Part shown: positions 1-9,526 of the stretch, piece by piece
How positions within the stretch are numbered: position 1 is the first letter of the stretch
Layout: the number at the start of each line of letters is the position of its first letter
NCBI GenBank assembly: GCA_011176685.1
Contig: DUED01000001.1
Coordinates: forward strand, 23,231 to 87,230
DNA from: Anaerolineae bacterium
GTDB taxonomy: Bacteria; Chloroflexota; Anaerolineae; Anaerolineales; Anaerolineaceae
Reading direction: 5' to 3'
Length of the DNA stretch: 64,000 nt
Program-made: the position numbers and the translations under genes
The notes under the pieces: model-generated
The model's input: the letters and a program-made list of their open reading frames with translations, nothing else
What the model was told of the DNA's origin: nothing
Databases searched by the model: none

Positions 1-80
1 TTTGGTTTTTATTGAAAGCGGTGATGTCCAAATTAAGTTCTTTCTTCTCTTCTCGTACGGTGTTATTGTTTATGTAATAT

Positions 81-911
81 TTACGGTAAATTCCAATATG
101 AGATTTCATCCATTTTAATAGTGAAACCAGCGGTCTTTTTAGCATCAATGAATAGCCCTATATGCCCATCGTTTAATAGTGAATCATCATTGATTTCTTT
201 CAATAGTTTACCGTTGGCATACATTCTAATGATTGATCCATCTGCCCAAATTCCCAATATATTTGTTTGGTTAGAACCTTTGTGGATTTCATCTGAGGTT
301 TTCCAATTAAGTAATAGCGCTGATCCACTAGTGGTTTGTTTTAGTAAATCATAATGCCCATCACATGTAATAATGAAGTAATACGCAAAGCTATCTGTGT
401 AATTATCGGCACGAAAAACCAGACCATACTGGTCATCGCCAGAGCAGGTGCCATTCTCAAATTTTGCCTCTAGGTAAAAATCTTTCGGTCGTGGATAAGC
501 CAACTGCCAGGTCTTACCAACCAAGGCGGTGTCTCGAGTCATGACCAGTTTGCCGTTTTCTACTTTAATTAAAGTGTAATAGGTCGTGGTACCTCCTGGG
601 TCAAGTCCAAAACTATTTCCCGTTGTTAGTGTATCTATCCAATCCGGCTGACCTAAATTAAGTTTTGGGTCTTCAGTAGAAACTGTTGGTGTAAAGGTTG
701 CTGATTCTTGATCCGGTTTTGCGGTGATGGTTGGCGGAGAAACCGTTTGGTCAGTAAGTGGTTGACCTTGCTGGCTCTCTGCAGTACCTGTGAGAGCAAT
801 GGCAGCTTTTGTTGCCACTTCTTCTTCAAAGGTCAATGAAGGCTCAAGTGGTAATTTGCATGCCAGGCTGATCAAAAGGATTAATAACATTATGGTTGCA
901 ATTCTATTCAT
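81..911 (-). CDS. Secreted lipoprotein with a C-terminal beta-sandwich domain, resembling the DUF1080 / 3-keto-disaccharide hydrolase (LamG-like) fold
   Basis: N-terminal signal peptide with an L-A-C lipobox. A low-complexity Pro/Thr/Ser-rich linker is followed by a roughly 190-aa domain with Trp/Tyr/Gly-rich beta-strand character. The domain assignment is from memory of the family and not from a search. Confidence 0.4.
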   Translation of the reverse strand: MNRIATIMLLILLISLACKLPLEPSLTFEEEVATKAAIALTGTAESQQGQPLTDQTVSPPTITAKPDQESATFTPTVSTEDPKLNLGQPDWIDTLTTGNSFGLDPGGTTTYYTLIKVENGKLVMTRDTALVGKTWQLAYPRPKDFYLEAKFENGTCSGDDQYGLVFRADNYTDSFAYYFIITCDGHYDLLKQTTSGSALLLNWKTSDEIHKGSNQTNILGIWADGSIIRMYANGKLLKEINDDSLLNDGHIGLFIDAKKTAGFTIKMDEISYWNLP

Positions 912-1099
912 TGGAAGCCCCTTTTCAAATTATTTATATTGCTAATTATAGCGGATGAAGTCCCCATGTTGTCATTTATCAAAATATGAGTGTAAAAAAG
1001 CAATTCAGATAACGGAATAAAAATACCCATCGGGTTAAAAATTAGCAGATTCACTTTTCACATGAGCCAGAATATTCTATAATTTCCATCAATAGCTGG

Positions 1100-1561
1100 A
1101 TGATAATGACAGAAAAAATGCAGGCTCTTGATAGTAATCGAATCTTGGCGATAGACCCCGGGGAAAAACGCATTGGTATTGCTATTAGCGATTTAAGTGG
1201 GGCCATTGCAAATCCACTTATGGTGATTCAACATGTCTCCAGGGAAACAAATGCACAGAAGATCGTTGACTTGATTGGGAAATATTCAGTAAAACGTATT
1301 GTGATGGGTGTTTCATTGGATGAAGAAGGAAAACCGAATTTGTCGGGTAGGCATGCTATACGCTTAGCGCAAGCAATAAATGAAAAGATTAACATTCCTT
1401 TAGATTTCTGGGATGAGCAAGGTACAACATCCAAAGCTAGGGCTTCCCGCATAGCAATGGGTGTCTCCCGTAAAAAGAGGCGTGGTCACCTGGATGAGAT
1501 TGCGGCGACTCTCATTCTCCAGTCCTATTTAGATGTTCATCAAGATAGAGATGATAAATGA
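1100..1561 (+). CDS. ruvX: Holliday junction resolvase-like protein RuvX/YqgF
   Basis: About 150 aa. Contains the ILAIDPGEKRIGIAISD motif typical of the YqgF RNase-H-like fold. Glycine-rich middle region. Confidence 0.8.
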   Translation: MIMTEKMQALDSNRILAIDPGEKRIGIAISDLSGAIANPLMVIQHVSRETNAQKIVDLIGKYSVKRIVMGVSLDEEGKPNLSGRHAIRLAQAINEKINIPLDFWDEQGTTSKARASRIAMGVSRKKRRGHLDEIAATLILQSYLDVHQDRDDK

Positions 1562-1573
1562 AAGAACAGTAGT

Positions 1574-2704
1574 ATGAATCGAAAATTTAACCTTATCTTG
1601 TTACTTGTTATTTTTTCATCAATCCTTTTTTGTGCATTATTGGGTTTTACCGCGAGTAGTTTCCTGCTGGAATTAGCTAAAAGAACCTTTGATAATCCTT
1701 CAGATCAATTGGAACGGTCTCAAATTATTCTTTACTCTTTGCGCTTATTCCTGAATTATCGGGATTTGATTGAGCCTATAGATACATCACAAACTACTGT
1801 AGAATTTAAGATTAAGTTAGATGAAACAGCTTTTGATGTCGCCATCCGGCTTAAGGAAACAGGGCTTATAAGGGATAGTACAGCATTCCTTGACTTTCTT
1901 GTTTATGCAGGTATTGATCGCTCTTTACAGGCGGGCAATTATCAGCTCACTGGTAGTATGAATGCGGTTGAAATTGCGCAGGCATTCATTGACCCCACTC
2001 CTGAGGATGTTGATTTCATCATTTTACCGGGGTTGAGAGCCGAAGAAATCGCTGCACTTCTGCCAACTTCTGGTCTTATGATACCAGCAGAAGAATTCCT
2101 GGATTTAATTAATAATCCCCAGGGACTGCACTTGCCTGATGTGTTTAGTCAGGTGGACAGTCTAGAAGGTTTATTGTTACCAGGCAAGTATGAAGTGCGC
2201 AGGGATGTTATTGTTCAGGATTTTCTGCAGCAAATATTAGACGCGCTTGAAGCACAATTCACACTAGCGGTAATTAATGCCTTCGAGAAACAGGGTTTGG
2301 ATCCATATCAGGCTTTGATCCTGGCATCTATTGTTCAGCGTGAAGCGGTTATTGGTGAGGAAAGTTCGACTATTGCATCTGTATTTTTAAACAGACTTGA
2401 TGTCGGGATGCAATTACAAAGTGATCCTACTGTGCAGTATGCAATTGGCTACGACCAGCGTACAGAAAGTTGGTGGAAAACCCCATTAACTCCATCTGAC
2501 ATGCAGATAAATTCTCTCCATAATACATATGTGAATTATGGTCTGCCACCAACCCCAATCTGCAGTGTGGATTTGTCTACATTGACATCAGTGGCATTCC
2601 CTGCAGAGAAGAACTACTATTATTTTCATTCAGGTTGTGATGAATCTGGTACGCACATTTTTTCGGAGACATATGAGCAGCACCAATCTAGCTCATGTCA
2701 ATAA
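1574..2704 (+). CDS. mltG: Endolytic murein transglycosylase MltG (YceG family)
   Basis: N-terminal TM helix, then a YceG-like domain including the ASIVQREAV motif. Tightly follows ruvX, as in many bacteria. Confidence 0.8.
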   Translation: MNRKFNLILLLVIFSSILFCALLGFTASSFLLELAKRTFDNPSDQLERSQIILYSLRLFLNYRDLIEPIDTSQTTVEFKIKLDETAFDVAIRLKETGLIRDSTAFLDFLVYAGIDRSLQAGNYQLTGSMNAVEIAQAFIDPTPEDVDFIILPGLRAEEIAALLPTSGLMIPAEEFLDLINNPQGLHLPDVFSQVDSLEGLLLPGKYEVRRDVIVQDFLQQILDALEAQFTLAVINAFEKQGLDPYQALILASIVQREAVIGEESSTIASVFLNRLDVGMQLQSDPTVQYAIGYDQRTESWWKTPLTPSDMQINSLHNTYVNYGLPPTPICSVDLSTLTSVAFPAEKNYYYFHSGCDESGTHIFSETYEQHQSSSCQ

Positions 2705-2725
2705 GAGAATATCAGGAGATTAACA

Positions 2726-3463
2726 ATGAAAGTCTTGGGTATAGATATCGGTGGTTCAGGTATTAAAGGAGCGGTTGTAGATGTAAACAAGGGTGAATTG
2801 GTCAGTGAACGCATTCGTATAGCTACGCCAGAAAAATCCAAACCGCGAGACGTTGCCAAGACAGTTAATAAAATTGTAATGCAGTCTGGTTGGAAAGGGC
2901 GGATTGGATGTGGTTTTCCAGCTATTATCAAGGACGGTGTTGCCTTATCAGCAGCGAATATCAATAAGAAATGGATTGGCACGGACGTTGATTCCTTATT
3001 AAGCCAGAAAACGGGCTTGAAAGTCTACACACTTAATGATGCAGATGCGGCTGGATTGGCGGAGATGACATTTGGTGCTGGAAAGGATTACAAGGATAAG
3101 ATTGTTGTCCTTCTAACTTTGGGAACGGGCATCGGGTCAGCTGTTTTCATGAAGGGCCAACTTCTCCCCAATACAGAATTGGGTCATTTCAAAATTCGTG
3201 GAAAAGACGCAGAGAAACGTGCTTCGGATATGGTACGCAAAAAAAAGAAATTGGGATGGAAAAATTGGTCAAAACGGTTGCAAGAGTATCTGGATACTCT
3301 GGAATACCTGGTAAATCCGGATGTGATTATTATTGGAGGTGGTGTCAGCAAAAATCATGCGAAATTCTTCCCCCATCTGAGCACCAGTGCGAAATTATTG
3401 CCTGCCCAATTTCTCAATCAGGCAGGAATAATTGGCGCTGCCTTATACGCTCGCAGGCAATAG
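2726..3463 (+). CDS. ppgK: ROK-family glucokinase (polyphosphate glucokinase-like)
   Basis: LGIDIGGSGIKGAVVD ATPase motif at the N-terminus. About 245 aa, typical of polyphosphate/ATP glucokinases. Confidence 0.65.
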   Translation: MKVLGIDIGGSGIKGAVVDVNKGELVSERIRIATPEKSKPRDVAKTVNKIVMQSGWKGRIGCGFPAIIKDGVALSAANINKKWIGTDVDSLLSQKTGLKVYTLNDADAAGLAEMTFGAGKDYKDKIVVLLTLGTGIGSAVFMKGQLLPNTELGHFKIRGKDAEKRASDMVRKKKKLGWKNWSKRLQEYLDTLEYLVNPDVIIIGGGVSKNHAKFFPHLSTSAKLLPAQFLNQAGIIGAALYARRQ

Positions 3464-3559
3464 GTGCTGGCACCCGCTCAGATTTCTTTCAATTTCAAAT
3501 TGTGTTTGAATCCATTTAGTCTATACTGATAATCTTTATTAATTATTTTTATTTCAAGT

Positions 3560-4498
3560 ATGAAAAAAGCACCTGTGATTAATTCTGCGCTGATCCTTAT
3601 AATCGGAGTAATATCGGTCTCAACCGCTTCAATATTTATCCGTTTTGCTCAAACAGATGTCCCTTCTTTGATCATTGCCGTTTATCGAATGGCATTTGCG
3701 ACGATATTATTAATTCCATTTTCATTAAAAACAATCAAACAAGAACGGCAAAAATTATCTCGTAGTCATATTGTTTTAATGATACTTACCGGCTTTTTTC
3801 TTGCACTGCATTTCGCCAGTTGGATTACCTCTCTCGAATTTACAACAGTTGCTAGTTCAGTTGTGTTGGTGACTTCTACACCTTTATGGGTATCTTTAAT
3901 CTCCCCACTGGTATTGAAGGAAAGGATTTCATTACGTATTATTTTGGGCTTGCTGATTGCCCTTGGGGGCACGCTATTAATTTCAATTAGCGGAAATTGT
4001 GAGTGGATTGGTTTAATACCCACATGCAGCCGCCTTACTTTTTTATTCAGTGAGAGAGGATATCTCGGCAACCTTATGGCATTGTGCGGAGCGTTCTTCT
4101 TTGCGGGTCATGTCATAATTGGCAGAACCATAAGAAGGACGCTCTCATTGGCAAGCTATACATTTTCTGCTTATGGAATTGCGGCAGTATTTCTAATTGT
4201 CATCGCAATTGTGAAAGGTGAACCTCTATTCGGTTATTCCATTGCCGCTTACTTTTTATTTTTCTTATTGGCACTCATACCCCAAGTTATTGGGCATTCA
4301 TGTTTTAATTGGGCTTTAGGATATTTACCAGCTATATATGTATCTATTGCTCTATTGGGTGAACCCATTGGCTCAAGTTTGCTGGCTTGGTTTATTCTGG
4401 GTGAAAAACCTGTAAACGAAGAAATTACGGGTGGGTGCTTGATCCTTGTAGGAATATTGGTTGCGTCGTTAAGAATACAGTCAAAAAGAAATAATTAG
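3560..4498 (+). CDS. EamA/DMT-superfamily transporter (about 10 TM helices)
   Basis: Highly hydrophobic. Two repeated 5-TM halves typical of the drug/metabolite transporter family. Confidence 0.7.
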   Translation: MKKAPVINSALILIIGVISVSTASIFIRFAQTDVPSLIIAVYRMAFATILLIPFSLKTIKQERQKLSRSHIVLMILTGFFLALHFASWITSLEFTTVASSVVLVTSTPLWVSLISPLVLKERISLRIILGLLIALGGTLLISISGNCEWIGLIPTCSRLTFLFSERGYLGNLMALCGAFFFAGHVIIGRTIRRTLSLASYTFSAYGIAAVFLIVIAIVKGEPLFGYSIAAYFLFFLLALIPQVIGHSCFNWALGYLPAIYVSIALLGEPIGSSLLAWFILGEKPVNEEITGGCLILVGILVASLRIQSKRNN

Positions 4499-4500
4499 GT

Positions 4501-5991
4501 TTAATCTCTTCGGTAGAGGTAATTAATCCTTGTCAACCATCTTTCCAGCTTGTTGTTAATCGCATTCGGTTTCATTCTCCACAACCAATTACCGGTTAAG
4601 CTTCCCGGATAGTTCATTCTGGCTTTATTCCCTAATTTTAAGAAGTCCTGCATAGGTGCAATTGCATAGATTGACACACAGGACCAAAGTATGCGAATCA
4701 TTTCCCAGGCGACATTTCCGCGATGATGGTTTAAATATTCCTGTAAATGAAGCTGCGTTAAAATGGAAGCACTTTTATACCAGCCGATAGTGGTATCGTT
4801 ATCGTGTGTACCGGTGTATGCAACAGAGTCAATAGTGTAATTATGCGGCTGAAATTCATGATCGGGGTCGCCGTCAAATCCGAATTGCAGAATTTTCATA
4901 CCGGGTAATTTATACTTTTTTCGCATAGCAATTACATCAGGTGTAATGACACCCAGATCCTCTGCGATGAAAGGCAGGTCACCGATGGCTTTTTTTACAA
5001 CACCAAAAAAGTCAATACCTGGACCCTTGACCCAGCGGCCTATTTCGGCAGTTTTTGCATCAGCTGGAATTTCCCAATATCCTGCAAAGCCGCGAAAATG
5101 GTCTAGCCGCACAATATCTACTAGTGCCAGAGTTTGTTTAATCCTTTCTATCCACCACTGATAACCATTTTTCTTGTGTTTTGCCCAATCAAAAAGCGGA
5201 TTACCCCAAAGCTGGCCTGTTTCTGAGAAAAAATCCGGTGGGACTCCCGCAACAACTGTGGGCTTCATTTTTGCATCTAAAAAGAAGAGTTCCGGGTGAG
5301 ACCAAACATCGGCACAGTCATATCCTACGAAAATTGGGATGTCACCAATGATTTTTATACCTTTATCGTTGGCGTATTTTTTAAATGTTTGCCACTGGCG
5401 GGCAAATAGATATTGAAAGAAAGCATTTTTCTCAATATCATAGGTATGTTTGTGCTTGAAGTTAGTGATTGCTTTTTCTTCCCTGACACGTAAGGATTTA
5501 GGCCACTTGCTCCACGAAACCAAATTGTATTTAATCCGTGCGGTCATGAAGGTCGTGAAGTCATCCAGCCAGTTCTGATTTGATTCCTGAAAATCCAAGA
5601 ATCCATTTTGGATTTCATTCGGTGGACTTTGCTTATAGCTCTTGAAGGCTAGATTCAGAACATGAGTTTTCCAGGCAATTACCTTGGAAAAATCCACTGT
5701 CCTTGTGGGAAACCGCGGTCTCTTTTCTAAATCTTCATCTTTCAATAGTTTTTCTTTAATAAGCATATTGAGATTAATGAAAAGGGGATTTCCAGCAAAA
5801 GCCGACAAACCTTGGTAGGGGGAGTTGCCGTACCCGGTAGGATTAAGCGGTAAGATTTGCCATAGTTTTGTATTCGTACGTGCAAGAAAGTCAATAAATC
5901 GGTAGGCCTCAGGGCCCAGATCGCCGATGCCATCTGCATTTGGCAAACTGGAAATATGCAATAATATTCCTGAAGATCGTCCAAATTTCAT
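4501..5991 (-). CDS. malQ: 4-alpha-glucanotransferase (amylomaltase, GH77)
   Basis: N-terminal GILLHISSLP...GIGDLGP motif and an overall GH77 signature. About 496 aa. Confidence 0.85.
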   Translation of the reverse strand: MKFGRSSGILLHISSLPNADGIGDLGPEAYRFIDFLARTNTKLWQILPLNPTGYGNSPYQGLSAFAGNPLFINLNMLIKEKLLKDEDLEKRPRFPTRTVDFSKVIAWKTHVLNLAFKSYKQSPPNEIQNGFLDFQESNQNWLDDFTTFMTARIKYNLVSWSKWPKSLRVREEKAITNFKHKHTYDIEKNAFFQYLFARQWQTFKKYANDKGIKIIGDIPIFVGYDCADVWSHPELFFLDAKMKPTVVAGVPPDFFSETGQLWGNPLFDWAKHKKNGYQWWIERIKQTLALVDIVRLDHFRGFAGYWEIPADAKTAEIGRWVKGPGIDFFGVVKKAIGDLPFIAEDLGVITPDVIAMRKKYKLPGMKILQFGFDGDPDHEFQPHNYTIDSVAYTGTHDNDTTIGWYKSASILTQLHLQEYLNHHRGNVAWEMIRILWSCVSIYAIAPMQDFLKLGNKARMNYPGSLTGNWLWRMKPNAINNKLERWLTRINYLYRRD

Positions 5992-6043
5992 ACTTGGGCC
6001 TCTCTAAGCTCCATAAGAATGTTATCCGTCTTTAAAAAGTCCT

Positions 6044-7537
6044 TTATTTCTTATATTGTGGTTGTTTTAATTGTTTATGCAGTCCCAAATACAATTTTAA
6101 ATATCTTTCCGCTGATCTCTTCCACGAGAAGTCTTCTTCCATTGCACGTTTTTGTATGTTTTGCCATACTTTTTTTCTATTGAAAAGTCCTAATGCTCTC
6201 CGTAAACAATTTAAGAATGCTTTTGTTGTATGTTTCTCGAACAGGAAGCCGGTTCTTGTTCCGTCGCTTTCATTTGTTATTGAGTCTTTTAAGCCCCCAA
6301 CTGAAGTGGCGACCGGGATGCAGCCGTAACGCATGGCAATCATTTGTGATGTTCCGCAGGGCTCATATAACGACGGCATCATCAGGATATCTCCAGCTGA
6401 GAACAATTGATGAGCCAACTTTTTATCGAATCTCATAACTGCTCGAACACGGTCCGGCATATCATTTTCAAGAGCAAAACAGGCATTCTCTAAATTTGTA
6501 TTTCCTGTTCCAAGTAATACTGCCTGCCACGCAAGCTCCTTTAAAGAATGCAGTCCGTCCAGTATTAGTTCAATGCCTTTCTGTCGATCCAGCCTACTGA
6601 CCATGATAAGTAGTGGTAAATCCTCGTCTATGCTGAGCGATAAAATGGATAGAATCGCTCTCTTATTTTCTTTGCGTGCCTGCAGATTTTCTGATGTATA
6701 GCAGCGTTCGATCAGTTGGTCTTGCGCGGGATTCCATTTCTTTATATCAATCCCATTCAATATGCCGGATATGTCCTCTTTTCTCTTTTCCAGGAATTTT
6801 TCCAGCCCATTTCCAAAAGCTGCTGTCCGTATTTCTTGTGAATAGGTTGGAGAGACTGCCACAATTTCATCGGCCTTGGCCAGCCCGAGCGCAAAGGGAA
6901 GCTGTCGAGCCCACAATGGTAAATCAGGGTCTTCCAAAAGGGGCAGATTATATTTTTTCAAGACGGGCTGTGTGCCTTCGCCCATGAAAGGTAAATTATG
7001 AATGGTTTGCAGGGTCTTGGTGTTTTTTAGCAAATGATTTTTATTTCTGGTCAAAGCCAGGTAATAAATTGCTACCGCTGTATGCCAATCATTGGCATGT
7101 ACTATGTCTGCTTTCCATTGGATTTTTCGCAATAACTCCAAACTTGCCAGTGAGAAAAATATATATTTTTCCCCATCCATGATCGCATCAGTAGAATAAA
7201 CACTATCGTTCATATAGGGTGGGGAATTTTGGGAAATAAGGTAGCAGGGAAGACCGTTAATTGTAGTCAAGAACGCTTCCCCTTCACTTTTGCGCTCTTG
7301 CGTGTCTATTTTTAGGTCGCAAATTTTCTTAATTGAAAAATTATCAGCTTCAATGCTGCTGTGGTAAGGAATCGTTAAGCGAATATCAATCTGCTGGTTT
7401 GTAGCATTTGCAGACAGCTCCCTTAATGCAAGTGGCAGGGAACCTGCATAGTCTCCCAGTCCGCCAGCTTTTGCAAACGGTTCTGCTTCGGAAGCGATAA
7501 AGTGTATCTTTAAAGCCGTGGGGTTGGGTGTCAGCAT
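6044..7537 (-). CDS. glgA: Glycogen (starch) synthase
   Basis: N-terminal KIHFIASEAEPFAKAGGLGDYAGSLP motif (GT5) and a C-terminal GT-B domain. Overlaps the upstream gene by 7 nt. Confidence 0.85.
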   Translation of the reverse strand: MLTPNPTALKIHFIASEAEPFAKAGGLGDYAGSLPLALRELSANATNQQIDIRLTIPYHSSIEADNFSIKKICDLKIDTQERKSEGEAFLTTINGLPCYLISQNSPPYMNDSVYSTDAIMDGEKYIFFSLASLELLRKIQWKADIVHANDWHTAVAIYYLALTRNKNHLLKNTKTLQTIHNLPFMGEGTQPVLKKYNLPLLEDPDLPLWARQLPFALGLAKADEIVAVSPTYSQEIRTAAFGNGLEKFLEKRKEDISGILNGIDIKKWNPAQDQLIERCYTSENLQARKENKRAILSILSLSIDEDLPLLIMVSRLDRQKGIELILDGLHSLKELAWQAVLLGTGNTNLENACFALENDMPDRVRAVMRFDKKLAHQLFSAGDILMMPSLYEPCGTSQMIAMRYGCIPVATSVGGLKDSITNESDGTRTGFLFEKHTTKAFLNCLRRALGLFNRKKVWQNIQKRAMEEDFSWKRSAERYLKLYLGLHKQLKQPQYKK

Positions 7538-9525
7538 CCGTTTTTATCACTGGTTTCTTCAATTATCTCAATATAATCCTTACAGATTTCTTCACCCTTG
7601 GATGCACCCAGGAATTCAATCAACTCGACAATTATTTTCGATTTCTCTTTGGCATCTTTTTCACTCCAGGTTCGCGCTTTAATCTCCAGAAAATGGCCCA
7701 GGTCTGGCTTTTTCATATGATCAATATTGATAAAAAATTCTTCACCCCTAAAATTCACCAGATAACGAAGTCTTTCCTTTTCTATTTCAATTTCCTGGTT
7801 GGGTTTGAAATATTCGCGATAGAATCGCAAGCTTTGACTGGCGGGCGCCAGATAACGGCTGCGCGAAAGTAATATGTCTCTGGGATAATGATCCTCATGC
7901 GTTTGGCCGATAAGTGTCAGACGTGACCTTACCTTTGATACTTCCCCATTTTCTTCCACAAAATGATCCTCGCGAAAACGGATGCGGTTGCCTTCAGTCC
8001 CGGTGAATTTAAAATAAGTATCATACTCACGATAGTGACGTTTGCGTATCATTTGGATTTCGGGGTCAGATAGTTTCTTTAGTATTTTCTTTGGGTCATC
8101 AATAGCGACCTTTACCTGAACCTCATAACTCTCTTCTTGGCTTGCCCCGCCAACAGCAATCAGCTTTGACAGTACCGATTTCTCCCGTTTAATAATAAAA
8201 GCATCAATTTTTCGGGCATATTCCTGGCTTTCAGTAATAAGTGCCTTCTCATCCACACAACTGATTTTCTGGTCAACCATTAACCATTTCCCGTTCACCA
8301 TAACATCCGTCACATCTGTGGACTTTCCTGCATATACAATTTGTGCATATACACTATTGTCGCTATGTCTAAAATGTGGGCTGTTATGTATAGTGTCCAG
8401 GTTAATCAGAATCACATCTGCCCGCTTGCCTGCTTCAATAGAACCGATTAGACCTCCCATATGGATAGCTTTTGCGCCCATGCTTGTTGCCATCTCGAGA
8501 GTTTGACGAGCTGGTAGTGCTGTCGGGTCTCCACTGGTGCCTTTCGATAAAAAGTTTGCTAAACGGATTTCTTCAAAGAAATCCAGGTCATTATTCGAAG
8601 CGCTGCCATCCGTCCCAATGCCAACATTCAAACCAAGTTCCATCATTCTTTTTATTGGGGCAACACCGGATGCGAGTTTCAAATTGGAAGAAGGATTATG
8701 CGCTACCCCTACGTTGGAGTGTTGCAGGGTGCGCATCTCGCCTTCGTCAATGTGTACACAGTGGGCTGCAATCGTCTTGGCTTCAAAGACACCTTGTTTT
8801 TTAACATAAGGCACAACCGGCATTCCGGATTGCTTGCGCATATTTTCGACTTCTTCGGCGGTTTCTGCAATATGTGTATGTAAAGGAACGTCATATTCCA
8901 GAGCAAGCTGTGTCGCTGCATGCAGGATTTCCGGCGGGCAGGTGTAGGGAGCGTGGGGTGCAATTGCAGGCACAATCAAAGCATGCTCCTTCCATTTTTC
9001 AATGAATCGGCGCGCTGCTTCCAGTGATTCTTCATAGGAATGAGCATCTGGACTGGGAAATTTCATTACTGATTGGCCGCAGATTGCGCGCAAGCCCATT
9101 TCGGCTGTTGCTTCTGCCACAGTTTCTTCAAAATAATACATATCTGCGAAACAGGTTACGCCTGTGCGAATAAGTTCAGCGCAGCCAAGTTTTGTACCCA
9201 GCCGCACGAAATCGGGTGTGACGAACTCCCGTTCCACGGGCATGATATAACCCAGCAGCCAGACATCCAGGCGCAGATCATCGGCAAGACCGCGGATGAG
9301 GTTCATCGCAATATGTGTATGGGCGTTGATAAAACCAGGCATCAATACTTTACCGCCGCAATCTTTTGTCTTTTTGGCAGAATAAGCGCTGGTGATTTCT
9401 TTCTCACTTCCCACAGCAGCGATTGAGTCGCCTGCAATCGCCACAGCGCCATTCATATATTTTGATAAATTTTCGTCCATTGTCAGCACAATGGCATTCT
9501 TGAGAATGATATCGACTGTCTTCAT
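7531..9525 (-). CDS. Fusion protein: MtaD-like amidohydrolase (5-methylthioadenosine/S-adenosylhomocysteine deaminase family, about 440 aa N-terminal) plus a C-terminal CYTH (CyaB / thiamine-triphosphatase-like) domain
   Basis: The N-terminus has the metal-binding HTHIAMN motif and a deaminase-like layout. The C-terminal roughly 200 aa carries a YEVQVKV (ExExK) start and later EIEIEKE and FxExK acidic strands typical of CYTH tunnels. It is a single uninterrupted 664-aa ORF. Confidence 0.65.
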   Translation of the reverse strand: MKTVDIILKNAIVLTMDENLSKYMNGAVAIAGDSIAAVGSEKEITSAYSAKKTKDCGGKVLMPGFINAHTHIAMNLIRGLADDLRLDVWLLGYIMPVEREFVTPDFVRLGTKLGCAELIRTGVTCFADMYYFEETVAEATAEMGLRAICGQSVMKFPSPDAHSYEESLEAARRFIEKWKEHALIVPAIAPHAPYTCPPEILHAATQLALEYDVPLHTHIAETAEEVENMRKQSGMPVVPYVKKQGVFEAKTIAAHCVHIDEGEMRTLQHSNVGVAHNPSSNLKLASGVAPIKRMMELGLNVGIGTDGSASNNDLDFFEEIRLANFLSKGTSGDPTALPARQTLEMATSMGAKAIHMGGLIGSIEAGKRADVILINLDTIHNSPHFRHSDNSVYAQIVYAGKSTDVTDVMVNGKWLMVDQKISCVDEKALITESQEYARKIDAFIIKREKSVLSKLIAVGGASQEESYEVQVKVAIDDPKKILKKLSDPEIQMIRKRHYREYDTYFKFTGTEGNRIRFREDHFVEENGEVSKVRSRLTLIGQTHEDHYPRDILLSRSRYLAPASQSLRFYREYFKPNQEIEIEKERLRYLVNFRGEEFFINIDHMKKPDLGHFLEIKARTWSEKDAKEKSKIIVELIEFLGASKGEEICKDYIEIIEETSDKNGC

Positions 9526-9526
9526 T

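Noticed and set aside
3256-3519. 87-aa plus-strand ORF overlapping the 3' end of ppgK in another frame
   Set aside because: Out-of-frame overlap with a confidently assigned gene. No RBS.
8318-9426. Several 60-117 aa ORFs on the plus strand inside the mtaD-CYTH gene
   Set aside because: They are antisense shadow ORFs within a well-supported minus-strand gene, with low-complexity translations. The same applies to the other opposite-strand ORFs nested in ftsH, hypF, glgA, tkt and the hydrogenase large subunit.
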